64,000 bases of DNA from Clostridia bacterium (GTDB lineage: Bacteria > Bacillota > Clostridia > TANB77 > CAG-508), in contig JARHYK010000019.1 of the NCBI GenBank assembly GCA_029258515.1, positions 44,614-108,613 on the forward strand, read 5' to 3'. Shown piece after piece: positions 10,513 to 20,680 of the stretch. The position numbers and the translations under genes were made by a program. Each line of letters starts with the position of its first letter. The stretch's first letter is position 1. Below the pieces are notes generated by a model. The model was given only the letters and a program-made list of their open reading frames with translations. It was not told where the DNA came from and searched no databases.

Positions 10513-10538
10513 AAAAATATAAAAAAGGAAATAAAAAT

Positions 10539-12110
10539 ATGAAATTACATGATTTAGCAATTATTTTTATACTAATAATACTACCAATTTCAATGATATT
10601 ATCATCATATGTAAAAAATAGGGTAGATACATTAAATATGCAAATACTATATGATCAAAAATTATTAAATGCTACATATGACACAGTGATAGCATATCAA
10701 AAAAACACATTAAACAGTAGTACATCAGATTTAGCAATGTCGAAACTAAGAGACATTGAAGCATCAGCAAACGCGTTTTTTACAGCATTAGGAGAAAACT
10801 TTAACATGTCAGGACATGGAAAAGAAGGAATAGAGGCCTTTGTTCCAGCATTAGTATTTACTTTATATGATGGCTACTATATTTATTCTCCATACTATAA
10901 TACTTTAGATGATGAAGCAAAAAAAGCAGAAGAAAATAATGGAAAAAACACAGAAGGAAATAAAATAAACGGATTAAAGCCATACGTATATTATAGCTGT
11001 AGATACAAAAATGCGGATTGTGATATAGTTATTAACTATTCATTAGATAGTTATATTGATATAAATGGAATTGTTAATAATCAAGCAGTAAACTTAAATG
11101 GATATTTATTAACTACTGCTCAAAAAATATCTGACAACCAAGCAAAATATAAAGAAACAATAATAAATCCAGAAACAACAATAAAAGAAAAAGCATTATT
11201 GGTAGATGAAAATGACAATATAATAGCAGAACCAAATAATATATTTGAAGTAAAAAAAGAAAATGGTGTAAAATATTATAAAAATGGTGCAAATGTATAT
11301 ATGAACTTAAACTCAAAAGGAATAAAACAAGAAGGAAAAAATATAGGAAACAACAATGATCAAGCTGTTAAATACTATAATCAAGCAGCAAATTTAAAAA
11401 ATAAAATAAATAGCACAAGCTTAAAATATATAAAAATAAGTGATGCAATAGATGAAGCTGGAAACAAAATGTTCCCAGATAATAATGAACTTTTATTTAA
11501 AGAATTAGATTCAACAAATAAAAATATAGAAGATGAAGATTCAGAATTTAATGAACATAGATTTAATATAATAAAACATTCAATTGAAAGAAATTTATCA
11601 ATAGCAATAACAAATTATAATAATGTTTCAAACAAATTAACAACAGAATTTAAATTACCTAAACTAAAAGATTACGAATGGGAAAGAGTTTTGAATAATA
11701 TTTCAGTAATTACCTTTTTACAAGGACTACCAATAGGAGGAAAAATATACAGCGGTCACGCTATTGTAAATAATACTAAAAATGAAGACTTTGTAGCAAA
11801 AGACTCAATATACATATTAACTAATGACAATATATACCATAATATAAAAGATGAAAATTTAATATCAGCTAAATTAAGTGGCGCAAGAGGATACTTAAAT
11901 ACTGACTTCGAAATAAAAAATAGTTTAGGTGGATATTATTCACCAAAAGATGGAGCAACAGGATGTTATAATTGTGTAATTTCATCAGAAAAGAATTCAA
12001 ATAAGTCAATAGAAGAAATTATGAAAAATAATCCAGAATTAGCAAAAATATACTATACAGCATTAGGAAGAGAAAGATATAGTATGTATAGAATAGGAAA
12101 TCATAAATAG
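10539..12110 (+). CDS. Large membrane-anchored Tad-associated protein (TadG/tip adhesin-like)
   Basis: N-terminal TM, 523 aa, C-terminal CYNC and YYTALGRER; last gene of pilus locus. Confidence 0.5.
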   Translation: MKLHDLAIIFILIILPISMILSSYVKNRVDTLNMQILYDQKLLNATYDTVIAYQKNTLNSSTSDLAMSKLRDIEASANAFFTALGENFNMSGHGKEGIEAFVPALVFTLYDGYYIYSPYYNTLDDEAKKAEENNGKNTEGNKINGLKPYVYYSCRYKNADCDIVINYSLDSYIDINGIVNNQAVNLNGYLLTTAQKISDNQAKYKETIINPETTIKEKALLVDENDNIIAEPNNIFEVKKENGVKYYKNGANVYMNLNSKGIKQEGKNIGNNNDQAVKYYNQAANLKNKINSTSLKYIKISDAIDEAGNKMFPDNNELLFKELDSTNKNIEDEDSEFNEHRFNIIKHSIERNLSIAITNYNNVSNKLTTEFKLPKLKDYEWERVLNNISVITFLQGLPIGGKIYSGHAIVNNTKNEDFVAKDSIYILTNDNIYHNIKDENLISAKLSGARGYLNTDFEIKNSLGGYYSPKDGATGCYNCVISSEKNSNKSIEEIMKNNPELAKIYYTALGRERYSMYRIGNHK

Positions 12111-12182
12111 AGAAGCTAAAAAATAGCTTCTTTTTTGAATTTTTTAATTTTTTTTGTAAATAATAAAATTAAGGTGATTTGA

Positions 12183-13422
12183 ATGAATAAAAAATTTAAA
12201 AAAACTCTCATTATTTCTATTTTATTAATAATATATGTATACATTTTAGCAATTGATTCAATTCCAAATAATATAACAAAATTTGAAGGTGAAGAACTAG
12301 GAATACCAAATTTTTTAGGAATAAAAATAAATAAAAAAGAAATAGAAGATAGTGTATTAGTAGCGACAAAAGAACGGAAAAAATAAATTAGACAAAGTAG
12401 GAAATACAAAATTAAGTGTCAATTTACTAAATAATTTTAATATTAAAGATGTAAGTGTTGATGTTTTGCCTAAAATAAAAGTAATTCCAATAGGAAGTGT
12501 GGCAGGTGTTAAGCTATACACAAACGGAGTATTAGTAGTCGGAATGTCAGAAATAGAAGGTCAAGATAACAAAAAATATATACCATATCAAAATTCAGGA
12601 ATAAAAGAAGGAGATATGATTGTTTCGATAAATAATAGAAATATACAAAATACAGAAGATTTAGTTTTAGAAGTAAATAAATCTGAAGGCAATGATATTA
12701 AAGTACAATATATTCATGATAATAAAACTCAAGAATGTAGCATTACTCCTGTAAGAACGGGAATAAAAGAATATAAAATAGGGTTATGGGTAAGAGATAG
12801 TGCAGCAGGAATAGGAACAGTTACATTCTATTCAAAACAAAATAATAGTTTTGCAGCACTAGGGCATGGAATACAAGATATAGACACTGATAGAATAATT
12901 AATATAGCATCAGGAGAATTTGTAACAACTAAAATACTAGGAATAAAAAAAGGAGAAAAAGGAGAACCAGGTAGAATTGAAGGAACACTAGAAGGACAAA
13001 AAAATATAGGAGAAATCAGCCAAAATACTAAGTTTGGAATATATGGAAAAGTCAAAGACATATCAAGTTTAAATATAGATAATTCAAAAGAAATGGAAGT
13101 AGCATTAAGAAGTGAGATAAAAGAAGGAAAAGCATATATTTTAAGTAGTATAGAAAATGGAAAAATAGAAAAATTCGAAATAGAAATAGAAAAAATATTT
13201 AAAGATAATAATTATAATAACAAAAGTATGAAAATAAAAATTACAGATAATAGATTAATATCAAAAACGGGAGGTATAATTCAAGGAATGAGCGGTTCAC
13301 CTATCATTCAAAATGATAAATTCATAGGAGCTGTAACTCATGTGTTAGTAAATGAACCACTTGAAGGATATGGGGTTTTTGGAGATATAATGGTAAAACA
13401 ATTATATAATTCAAATAGTTAG
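12183..13422 (+). CDS. spoIVB: SpoIVB peptidase (PDZ + S55), about 412 aa, encoded across a +1 frameshift at CGG-A 12375-12378
   Basis: 0-frame gives the N-terminal anchor; +1 frame gives PDZ (GIKEGDMI), GLWVRD..AGIGT, ALGH, TGGIIQGMSGSPIIQ. Confidence 0.88.
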
Positions 13423-13515
13423 AATAATAATTTAAAGAATAAGTTTTCAGTGAAAATTAAGAAAATATCAAAAAAGATATAGTAATAATTTATAAAAAAA
13501 TTAATATTAAACTTT

Positions 13516-13556
13516 AAAAATATGAGAATTAAATAGTTACTAATTCTCATATTTTT
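13516..13556. terminator. Bidirectional terminator between spoIVB and murC
   Basis: AAAAATATGAGAATTA / TAATTCTCATATTTTT. Confidence 0.7.
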
Positions 13557-13566
13557 ATTATAGAAT

Positions 13567-14952
13567 TTAATTTAATAAAAGTGAACCAATTTCAGTAACT
13601 GTGCCGGCACCTAAAGTGATTATGATATCATCTTTTTTTACATTTTCTTTTAAAAAGCAAACACATTCATCAAAACTTTTAATATATCTAGCATTTTTAT
13701 TTTTATCAATATAATTAATTTTATTTACTAAATCTTGAGAAGTAATACCATATACATTTTTTTCTCTAGCAGCATAAATATCTAAAATAATAACATTATC
13801 AAAATTAATAAGAGCATTGGCAAAATCATCTAATAGATTTTTAGTTCTACTGTAAGTATGAGGTTGGAAAACAACCCAAGACTTATTATATTTTTTATTT
13901 TTTAAAGCTTTAGAAGTTGCAAGAATTTCAGTTGGATGATGACCGTAATCATCATAAATGCTACAACCATTTAACTTACCTTTAAATTCAAATCTACGAT
14001 GAGCACCTGTGAATTTTTTTAGTGCAACTTTTATATATGATTTATCAACACCATAAGAATAACATAAAGAAATGCAAGATAAAGCATTTAAAATGTTGTG
14101 AGTACCAGGAACAGATAATTTGAATTTTTCATAATATTTACCATTAATATAAACATCAAATTCAGGAAAACCATCATTGTCAAATAAAATATTATCTGCA
14201 TAAAAATCAACATTTTTATTTAAAATACCGTAAGATATACTTTTAGCATTTGTATACTTAGGGAGTTCTAAACAATTTTGATCATCACCGTTAACTATTA
14301 ATAAGCCATCACTAGGTAGTAATTTAACATATTTGACAAAAGCCTTTTTAATATTATCAAAAGTTTTAAAATAATCTAAATGATCATTATCGATATTTAG
14401 TATGATTTCAGTTTTTGGACTAAACTTTAAAAAACTTTCTACATATTCACAAGCTTCCAAAATAAAATGCTCACTATTTCCAACCCTATAATTTCCATCT
14501 ATTTGTTTCAAAAAAGCACCAACTTGAATATTAGGATCTTGTAAAGCTTCGATAAAACATAAAGAAACCATAGAAGTTGTAGTAGTTTTTCCGTGAGTGC
14601 CAGAGATACAAATAGTATCTTTAAAACAACGAGTAATATCACCTAAAAAATCTGCTCTTTCTATAGTTGGAATTCCGCAATTTTTAGCTTCAACCATTTC
14701 AGGATCATCCATCTTTATAGCAGCAGAATAAACAACAACATCAGCTTTTTTTACATTTTCAATATTATGGCCAATAGATACAGTTATACCAATATTATTT
14801 AATTTTTTTGTATTTTCAGATTCACACCAATCAGAGCCAGTAATATGAAATCCCCAATTATTTAAAATAGCAGCAATTCCACTCATGCTAACTCCCCCGA
14901 TACCAATCATGTGTATATTTTTATATTTCTTTAAACTCTCAATATGTGGCAT
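13567..14952 (-). CDS. murC: UDP-N-acetylmuramate--L-alanine ligase
   Basis: GIGGVSMSGIA, GTHGKTTT, DDYGHHPTE, FQPHTYSRT. Confidence 0.95.
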   Translation of the reverse strand: MPHIESLKKYKNIHMIGIGGVSMSGIAAILNNWGFHITGSDWCESENTKKLNNIGITVSIGHNIENVKKADVVVYSAAIKMDDPEMVEAKNCGIPTIERADFLGDITRCFKDTICISGTHGKTTTTSMVSLCFIEALQDPNIQVGAFLKQIDGNYRVGNSEHFILEACEYVESFLKFSPKTEIILNIDNDHLDYFKTFDNIKKAFVKYVKLLPSDGLLIVNGDDQNCLELPKYTNAKSISYGILNKNVDFYADNILFDNDGFPEFDVYINGKYYEKFKLSVPGTHNILNALSCISLCYSYGVDKSYIKVALKKFTGAHRRFEFKGKLNGCSIYDDYGHHPTEILATSKALKNKKYNKSWVVFQPHTYSRTKNLLDDFANALINFDNVIILDIYAAREKNVYGITSQDLVNKINYIDKNKNARYIKSFDECVCFLKENVKKDDIIITLGAGTVTEIGSLLLN

Positions 14953-15143
14953 TAAAACATCCTCCTTTAAATTAACAAAATAATTATATAATGATGTAAA
15001 ATAAAATTCAAGGCTTTTAAAGTAAAAATTATAAAAAATAACTAAAATAGTAAAATAAAAAATATTTTATATATTCTAATATATGATATAAAAAGAAGAA
15101 TATGAAATTAATAATTAAAATAATATAAAAAATGTAAAAAAAA

Positions 15144-15171
15144 GAAGGAAAAAGTAATTTAATATAGAATA
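15144..15171 (+). promoter_or_regulatory. sigmaH-type promoter of spoVG
   Basis: AGGA(15147)-17nt-GAAT(15168), the spacing of the Bacillus spoVG sigmaH promoter. Confidence 0.6.
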
Positions 15172-15232
15172 ATATAAATGTACATATAAATATGTGCAAA
15201 TATTATTACTTAAGGAAGGCGGTGCACGCAAA

Positions 15233-15505
15233 ATGCAAATAACAGACGTACGTTTAAGAAAAGTAAATTCTGAAAACAGAATGAGAGCAGTTGCTTCTGT
15301 TACATTCGATAACGAATTCGCAGTACACGATATTAAAGTTATCGAAAGTCAAAATGGATTATTCATAGCTATGCCAAGTAGAAAAACTCCAAACGGAGAA
15401 TTCAAAGATATAGCACACCCAATCAATCCAGAAACAAGAGAGAAAATTCAAAAAGCTATTTTAGAAGCTTATGAAGCTCCAGAAACAGAAGGAACAAACG
15501 AATAA
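15233..15505 (+). CDS. spoVG: Septation regulator SpoVG
   Basis: [10 protein letters not shown]...[24 protein letters not shown]. Confidence 0.95.
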   Translation: MQITDVRLRKVNSENRMRAVASVTFDNEFAVHDIKVIESQNGLFIAMPSRKTPNGEFKDIAHPINPETREKIQKAILEAYEAPETEGTNE

Positions 15506-15754
15506 TTTTGATTGTAAACAAAAACTTTCTTTTTAAACAAAGAAAGTTTTTTTATGATTTTTAAAAACAAAGTAAAAAATATTTCAATAAAACGTAAAAA
15601 AGTAACTACTAAACAAAGAATTTAAGAAAAAAGAAACAAAAAATCATAAAAAAGTTGCATATTTTTGTCAAACATAGTATAATAAAAAAAGAACAAAATA
15701 AATATATAATATAGCAACCGAGTAAAAAATAAAATAAAAAAGAGAGGTAAAAAA

Positions 15755-17002
15755 ATGGAGTATCTATATATACTTAGAGAAGCATTAGTTTGGACAGTAA
15801 CAATATTTTGGCTTTATCAATTAGTAATTAGTATATGTTCTCTAATCAAATTAAAAGATAAACCACTAAAAGTTAAGAAAAATCATAAATTTATGGCTAT
15901 TATTCCAGCTCATAATGAAGAGAATGTTGTAAGTAATTTAATAGAAAGTTTAAAAAATCAAAATTATGATAAAAATCTATATGATATTTATGTAATTGCA
16001 GATAACTGCACAGATAGAACAGCCAATATTGCAAGAAAAGCAGGTGCAAAAGTCTATGAAAGATTCGATGAAGAAAAGAAAACTAAAGGATATGCATTAG
16101 ATTGGTTTTTGCAACAAAAAATAAAAGAAAATGCAGATTATGATGCAGTATGTGTATTTGATGCAGATAATATAGTTGATAAAGATTTTTTAAAAAATAT
16201 GAATAAAAAACTATGTCAAGGTGAAGATGTAGTCCAAGGATATAGAGATATAAAAAATCCAACAGATAGCTGGATAACAGCAGGTTATGCAATTTTTTAT
16301 TGGACTATGCACAGATTTTATCATTTAGCTAGATACAACTTAGGATTATCAACATTATTAAATGGAACAGGATTTATGATAAGATTTGATGTATTAAAAC
16401 CTGAAGGTTGGAAAACAGTAACATTAACAGAAGATATAGAATTTTCTTTACAAAGAATTATAAAAGGTAAAAAACTAGGATGGGCAACAGATGCAATAGT
16501 ATATGATGAACAACCAACAAGTTTTAAACAAAGCTGGTCACAAAGAAGTAGATGGACAGTAGGACATATTCAATGTATAAATGAATACACAAAAAAATTA
16601 GCAGTATCAGTAAAAGAAAAAAAATCATTAATAAATTTTGATGGGTTTTTATATATAGTAGGAAGTATTCCGATGTTCATTGCAACAATACTACTACTAT
16701 TAACAAACTTTTTGATGTATGCAGGAAATGGAATAACACAAGCAGAACTAATATTAAATATTGCTAAATATTTAGTACCAACATTTTTATTTCCAATAGC
16801 AACAGGTATATTTGTAATGTGGTTAGATAAAAGACCAATAAAACCAATGATTAAAGGCTTATTATGTTATCCTCTATTCATGGGTTCATGGCTATTAATA
16901 AATTTTGTATGCCTATTTAAAAGAAATTTGAATTGGGAAAAAATAAATCATGTAAGAAATATAAAAATAACAGATATTGGATTACAAGAAGAAAGAAATT
17001 AA
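15755..17002 (+). CDS. GT2 membrane glycosyltransferase (CESA-like)
   Basis: IPAHNEE, DNCTD, FDADN, TED, QRSRW motifs plus TMs. Confidence 0.9.
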   Translation: MEYLYILREALVWTVTIFWLYQLVISICSLIKLKDKPLKVKKNHKFMAIIPAHNEENVVSNLIESLKNQNYDKNLYDIYVIADNCTDRTANIARKAGAKVYERFDEEKKTKGYALDWFLQQKIKENADYDAVCVFDADNIVDKDFLKNMNKKLCQGEDVVQGYRDIKNPTDSWITAGYAIFYWTMHRFYHLARYNLGLSTLLNGTGFMIRFDVLKPEGWKTVTLTEDIEFSLQRIIKGKKLGWATDAIVYDEQPTSFKQSWSQRSRWTVGHIQCINEYTKKLAVSVKEKKSLINFDGFLYIVGSIPMFIATILLLLTNFLMYAGNGITQAELILNIAKYLVPTFLFPIATGIFVMWLDKRPIKPMIKGLLCYPLFMGSWLLINFVCLFKRNLNWEKINHVRNIKITDIGLQEERN

Positions 17003-17082
17003 AAAAAGAAAAGATTATGTCTTTTCTTTTTTTAATTTTTAGTGTATTATATTAATATAAATAAAAATAGAAGGAGAAGAAA

Positions 17083-18567
17083 ATGAAAAAAGTTAAAGAA
17101 AAAATATTAAACAAACAATGTATAGTTCATATTCTATTAATTGTAATAGGAACAATTTTATTATTGATACCATCGTTTCATAGTAATATATGGTTTGACG
17201 AATCATATAGCGTAGGAATTGTAAATCACTCTTTTATTGATATATGGAAAATAGGAGCACATGATGTTCATCCAATACTTTATTATTGGATGCTAAAAAT
17301 AGTTAATATAATATTTGGAACTAATATAATTGCGTATAGAATTTTTTCCGTACTAGGAATTGTAACATTAGGTATATTAGGAATGACACATATAAGAAAA
17401 GATTTTGGAAACAAAACAGGAATGCTATTTACTTTTTTTAGTATGTTTTTACCAACTATGCTAAATTATGGATTAGAAATTAGAATGTATTCATGGACAA
17501 TTGTATTTGTAACTCTTATGGCAATCTATTTATATAGATTTATAAAAGAGAAAAACACTAAAAATTTAATATTGTTTGGATTGTTTAGCATCATAAGTTG
17601 CTACATGCATTATTATGCTTTAGTATGTGCAGGAATAGTAAACTTAGGATTAATTATATATATAATAAAAAACAGAAAAAAAATTGATATAAAAATTATA
17701 AAACAATTTATTTTAATAGAAGTAATACAAGTTTTATTATACATACCATGGTTTATATTTTTTGTAAAGCAAGCATTTAGAGTAGGAAAAGGATTTTGGA
17801 TATCAATAACATTTCCACAAATATTAGTAGATATAATTAATTTTCAGTATAAAGGAAAAATGCAAGAAACAATACCAACTATTTTTTCTTGCTTACTATA
17901 TGGATATCTTTTATATATAATAATAAAAAATATAAGAAGAAAAGTAGATATAAAAGAAGGAATAATACCTTTAATTATATATTTATTAGTAATAATAATG
18001 GTAGCTATAGTTTCAATAGTATCACCAATTTTATATGCTAGATATTTATTTACAATAACAGGATTATTATTGTTTGCTATTTCATATTTCTTAAACAAGG
18101 AAGATAATAAATTTATGATAGGATTAATATGTGGAGCAGTTATAATAATGTCATTAAACAACTTGAAAATTATTATGGATAAAAATTATGATAAATCAAA
18201 TAATAAACCAATAAGCTATATTAAAGAAATAATAAAACCAGAAGATACAATTGTGTATTCAAAAATAGGAAATGGTGCAATAGTTGCAACATTAGTAGAT
18301 AATAACAACCAATATTTCTTAAATCTTGAAAATTGGACTGTTGAAGAAGCATATAAAGCATATGGACCAAATATGAAAACAGTAGACAGCTATGAAGAAG
18401 CGATAAAAGAAAATAAAGGAAGAATTATTGTAGTAGATACAGATGACTTACCATTATATACAAAAATAGAAAACAAAGAAAAATATAATGAAGTAGAAAG
18501 AAAAAGATTTGAAACTAAATATAATGACGATATTTTTCAAATAATAGTTTTAGAAGAAAAGAAATAA
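17083..18567 (+). CDS. GT-C (GT39/GT83, PMT-like) polytopic glycosyltransferase
   Basis: WFDESYS, HDVHPILYY, EIRMYS, many TMs. Confidence 0.75.
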   Translation: MKKVKEKILNKQCIVHILLIVIGTILLLIPSFHSNIWFDESYSVGIVNHSFIDIWKIGAHDVHPILYYWMLKIVNIIFGTNIIAYRIFSVLGIVTLGILGMTHIRKDFGNKTGMLFTFFSMFLPTMLNYGLEIRMYSWTIVFVTLMAIYLYRFIKEKNTKNLILFGLFSIISCYMHYYALVCAGIVNLGLIIYIIKNRKKIDIKIIKQFILIEVIQVLLYIPWFIFFVKQAFRVGKGFWISITFPQILVDIINFQYKGKMQETIPTIFSCLLYGYLLYIIIKNIRRKVDIKEGIIPLIIYLLVIIMVAIVSIVSPILYARYLFTITGLLLFAISYFLNKEDNKFMIGLICGAVIIMSLNNLKIIMDKNYDKSNNKPISYIKEIIKPEDTIVYSKIGNGAIVATLVDNNNQYFLNLENWTVEEAYKAYGPNMKTVDSYEEAIKENKGRIIVVDTDDLPLYTKIENKEKYNEVERKRFETKYNDDIFQIIVLEEKK

Positions 18568-18737
18568 AAATTATAGATTTTCAAATATAAAATATACAAA
18601 AAATATAAGAAAAAATTACAAAAATTGTATAAAAAACTATATAAAGCCCTAAACGTATTTCATTTTAATAAAATAATCAAAATCTCTTGATTTTTTTGAA
18701 AAAATTAGGTATAATATAAGTGTAGGCAAAAAAGAGA

Positions 18738-18764
18738 GAAGAGTGGGAACAAATCCCACTCTTC
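18738..18764 (+). promoter_or_regulatory. rimP leader hairpin
   Basis: GAAGAGTGGG-loop-CCCACTCTTC upstream of rimP, as commonly seen in Firmicutes. Confidence 0.6.
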
Positions 18765-18804
18765 AATCAGTTATAAGATAATACTAAAAAAGGAGGAGAC
18801 TATT

Positions 18805-19254
18805 TTGGCAAATATAGAAGAAAGAGTTGAAAACCTACTAAAAGAAAAAATAGAAAATATTGGTTATGAACTTTATGATGTAGAATATGCAAAAGAAGGA
18901 AAAAACTATTTCTTAAGAATATATATAGATTCATCTAAAGGAATAAATTTAAATGACTGTGAAAAAGTAAACAACGAAATAATGGATATTCTAGATGAAG
19001 CAAACTATATAAAAGACCAATACTTTTTAGAAGTATCATCACCAGGAATAGAAAGGATACTAAGAAAGGATAAACATTTACAAAAAAATATTGAAACAGA
19101 AGTAAATGTAAAATTATTTAAAAAAGATGAACAAGGGAAAAAAGAATATAAAGGAATATTAAAAGGATATACTGAAAAATACATTCAAATAGATGAAACA
19201 AAAATTGATAGAAAAAATATAGCACAAATAAAAACAATATATAATTGGAAATAA
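18805..19254 (+). CDS. rimP: Ribosome maturation factor RimP
   Basis: LRIYID, DCEKV, YFLEVSSPGIER. Confidence 0.95.
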   Translation: MANIEERVENLLKEKIENIGYELYDVEYAKEGKNYFLRIYIDSSKGINLNDCEKVNNEIMDILDEANYIKDQYFLEVSSPGIERILRKDKHLQKNIETEVNVKLFKKDEQGKKEYKGILKGYTEKYIQIDETKIDRKNIAQIKTIYNWK

Positions 19255-19270
19255 AAAAGGAGGAATAAGA

Positions 19271-20365
19271 ATGAAAGCAATAGATAATAAAGAATTAATA
19301 TTAGCTTTAGATGAATTAGAAAAAGAGAAAGGAATAAAAAAATCATATGTAATAGAAGCGATAGAAACAGCATTGGTTACAGCATATAAAAGAAACTTTG
19401 ACGCTCTTGAAAATGTAAGAGTAGACATGGATAAAGATACAGGTGCAACACATATATATTCAATAAAAGAAGTTATGGAAAATGCAAATGATGACGCATT
19501 AGAAATAAGCTTAGAAGAAGCACATAAAATAAATAAAGAATTAAAAGTAGGAGATCAAGTTGATATTGAAATAGTACCAAGAAACTTTGGAAGAATAGCA
19601 GCACAAACAGCAAAACAAGTAATAATTCAAAAACTAAGAGAAGTAGAAAGAGATTTAATATTCAATGAATTTAATGATAGAAAAGGCGAAATAGTTTCTG
19701 GAATGATTCAAAAAGCAGATAAAAATATAGTAGTAATGGATTTAGGAAGACTAGAAGGAATAATGCCAGCAAAAGAACAGATTCCAACAGAAAAATACAA
19801 AGTAAATGAAAAAATAAAAGGCTATGTAGTAGATGTTGAAAGAGGATTAAAAGGAGTACCACAAGTAATAGTATCAAGAAGTCATCCGGATTTTGTAAGA
19901 AAATTATTAGAATTAGAAATTCCTGAAATATATGAAGGTGTAATAGAAATAAAAAGTGTATCAAGAGATGCAGGAAACAGAAGTAAAGTAGCTGTATATT
20001 CACCAGATCCTAATATAGATCCAGTGGGATCATGTGTAGGCCAAAGAGGAATAAGAATACAAAATATAATTAACGAATTAAACGGAGAAAAGATAGATGT
20101 AATAGAATGGAATGAAGATCCAAGTATATTTATATCATCAGCATTATTACCAGCAAAAATAATGGCTATAGATTTAAAAGAAGAAGAAAAGTTTGCACAA
20201 GTAATAGTACCAGATGACCAATTATCATTAGCAATTGGAAAAGCAGGACAAAATGCAAGATTAGCAGCAAGATTAACAAATTGGAAAATAGATATAAAAT
20301 CAGAAAGTCAATTTAGAGAAATCTTAGAAAAAGGACAAGAAGAAAGTAATAAGGAAGAAGAATAA
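19271..20365 (+). CDS. nusA: Transcription factor NusA
   Basis: FGRIAAQTAKQVI, DPVGSCVG, LSLAIGKAGQNARLAA. Confidence 0.97.
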   Translation: MKAIDNKELILALDELEKEKGIKKSYVIEAIETALVTAYKRNFDALENVRVDMDKDTGATHIYSIKEVMENANDDALEISLEEAHKINKELKVGDQVDIEIVPRNFGRIAAQTAKQVIIQKLREVERDLIFNEFNDRKGEIVSGMIQKADKNIVVMDLGRLEGIMPAKEQIPTEKYKVNEKIKGYVVDVERGLKGVPQVIVSRSHPDFVRKLLELEIPEIYEGVIEIKSVSRDAGNRSKVAVYSPDPNIDPVGSCVGQRGIRIQNIINELNGEKIDVIEWNEDPSIFISSALLPAKIMAIDLKEEEKFAQVIVPDDQLSLAIGKAGQNARLAARLTNWKIDIKSESQFREILEKGQEESNKEEE

Positions 20366-20419
20366 GTAATAAGGTGATAAAAAAATAAAAACAGCATAAA
20401 ATAAAGGGGGAACAAAACC

Positions 20420-20680
20420 ATGAAAAATAAACCACAAAGAACATGCATGGGATGTAACCAAAAAAGAGATAAACAAGATTTAATAAGAATAGTAAAGGAT
20501 AACCAAAAAAACATATCAATCGATAAAACAGGAAAAAAAGAAGGAAGAGGAGCATATATATGTGATGATATAAAATGTTTAGAAAAAGTGATAAAAAGTA
20601 AGAGATTAGAAAAAATACTAGAAACTCCAATATCACAAGAAATATATGAGAATTTGAGAGGTGTAATACTTGATAAATAA
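20420..20680 (+). CDS. ylxR: YlxR/RnpM family RNA-binding protein
   Basis: PQRTCMGC, GRGAYIC; nusA operon position. Confidence 0.92.
   Translation: MKNKPQRTCMGCNQKRDKQDLIRIVKDNQKNISIDKTGKKEGRGAYICDDIKCLEKVIKSKRLEKILETPISQEIYENLRGVILDK

Noticed and set aside
15548-15653. 15-nt inverted repeat (TTTTTTATGATTTTT / AAAAATCATAAAAAA) upstream of the GT2 promoter, possible invertible switch
   Set aside because: Low-complexity AT sequence overlapping a terminator tail; the promoter lies outside the repeats and no recombinase is nearby
19051-19062. Possible AGG-A frameshifting analogous to CGG-A
   Set aside because: rimP GAA AGG ATA, PBP ATA AGG AAA and pheS ATT AGG AAA all continue in frame in intact genes
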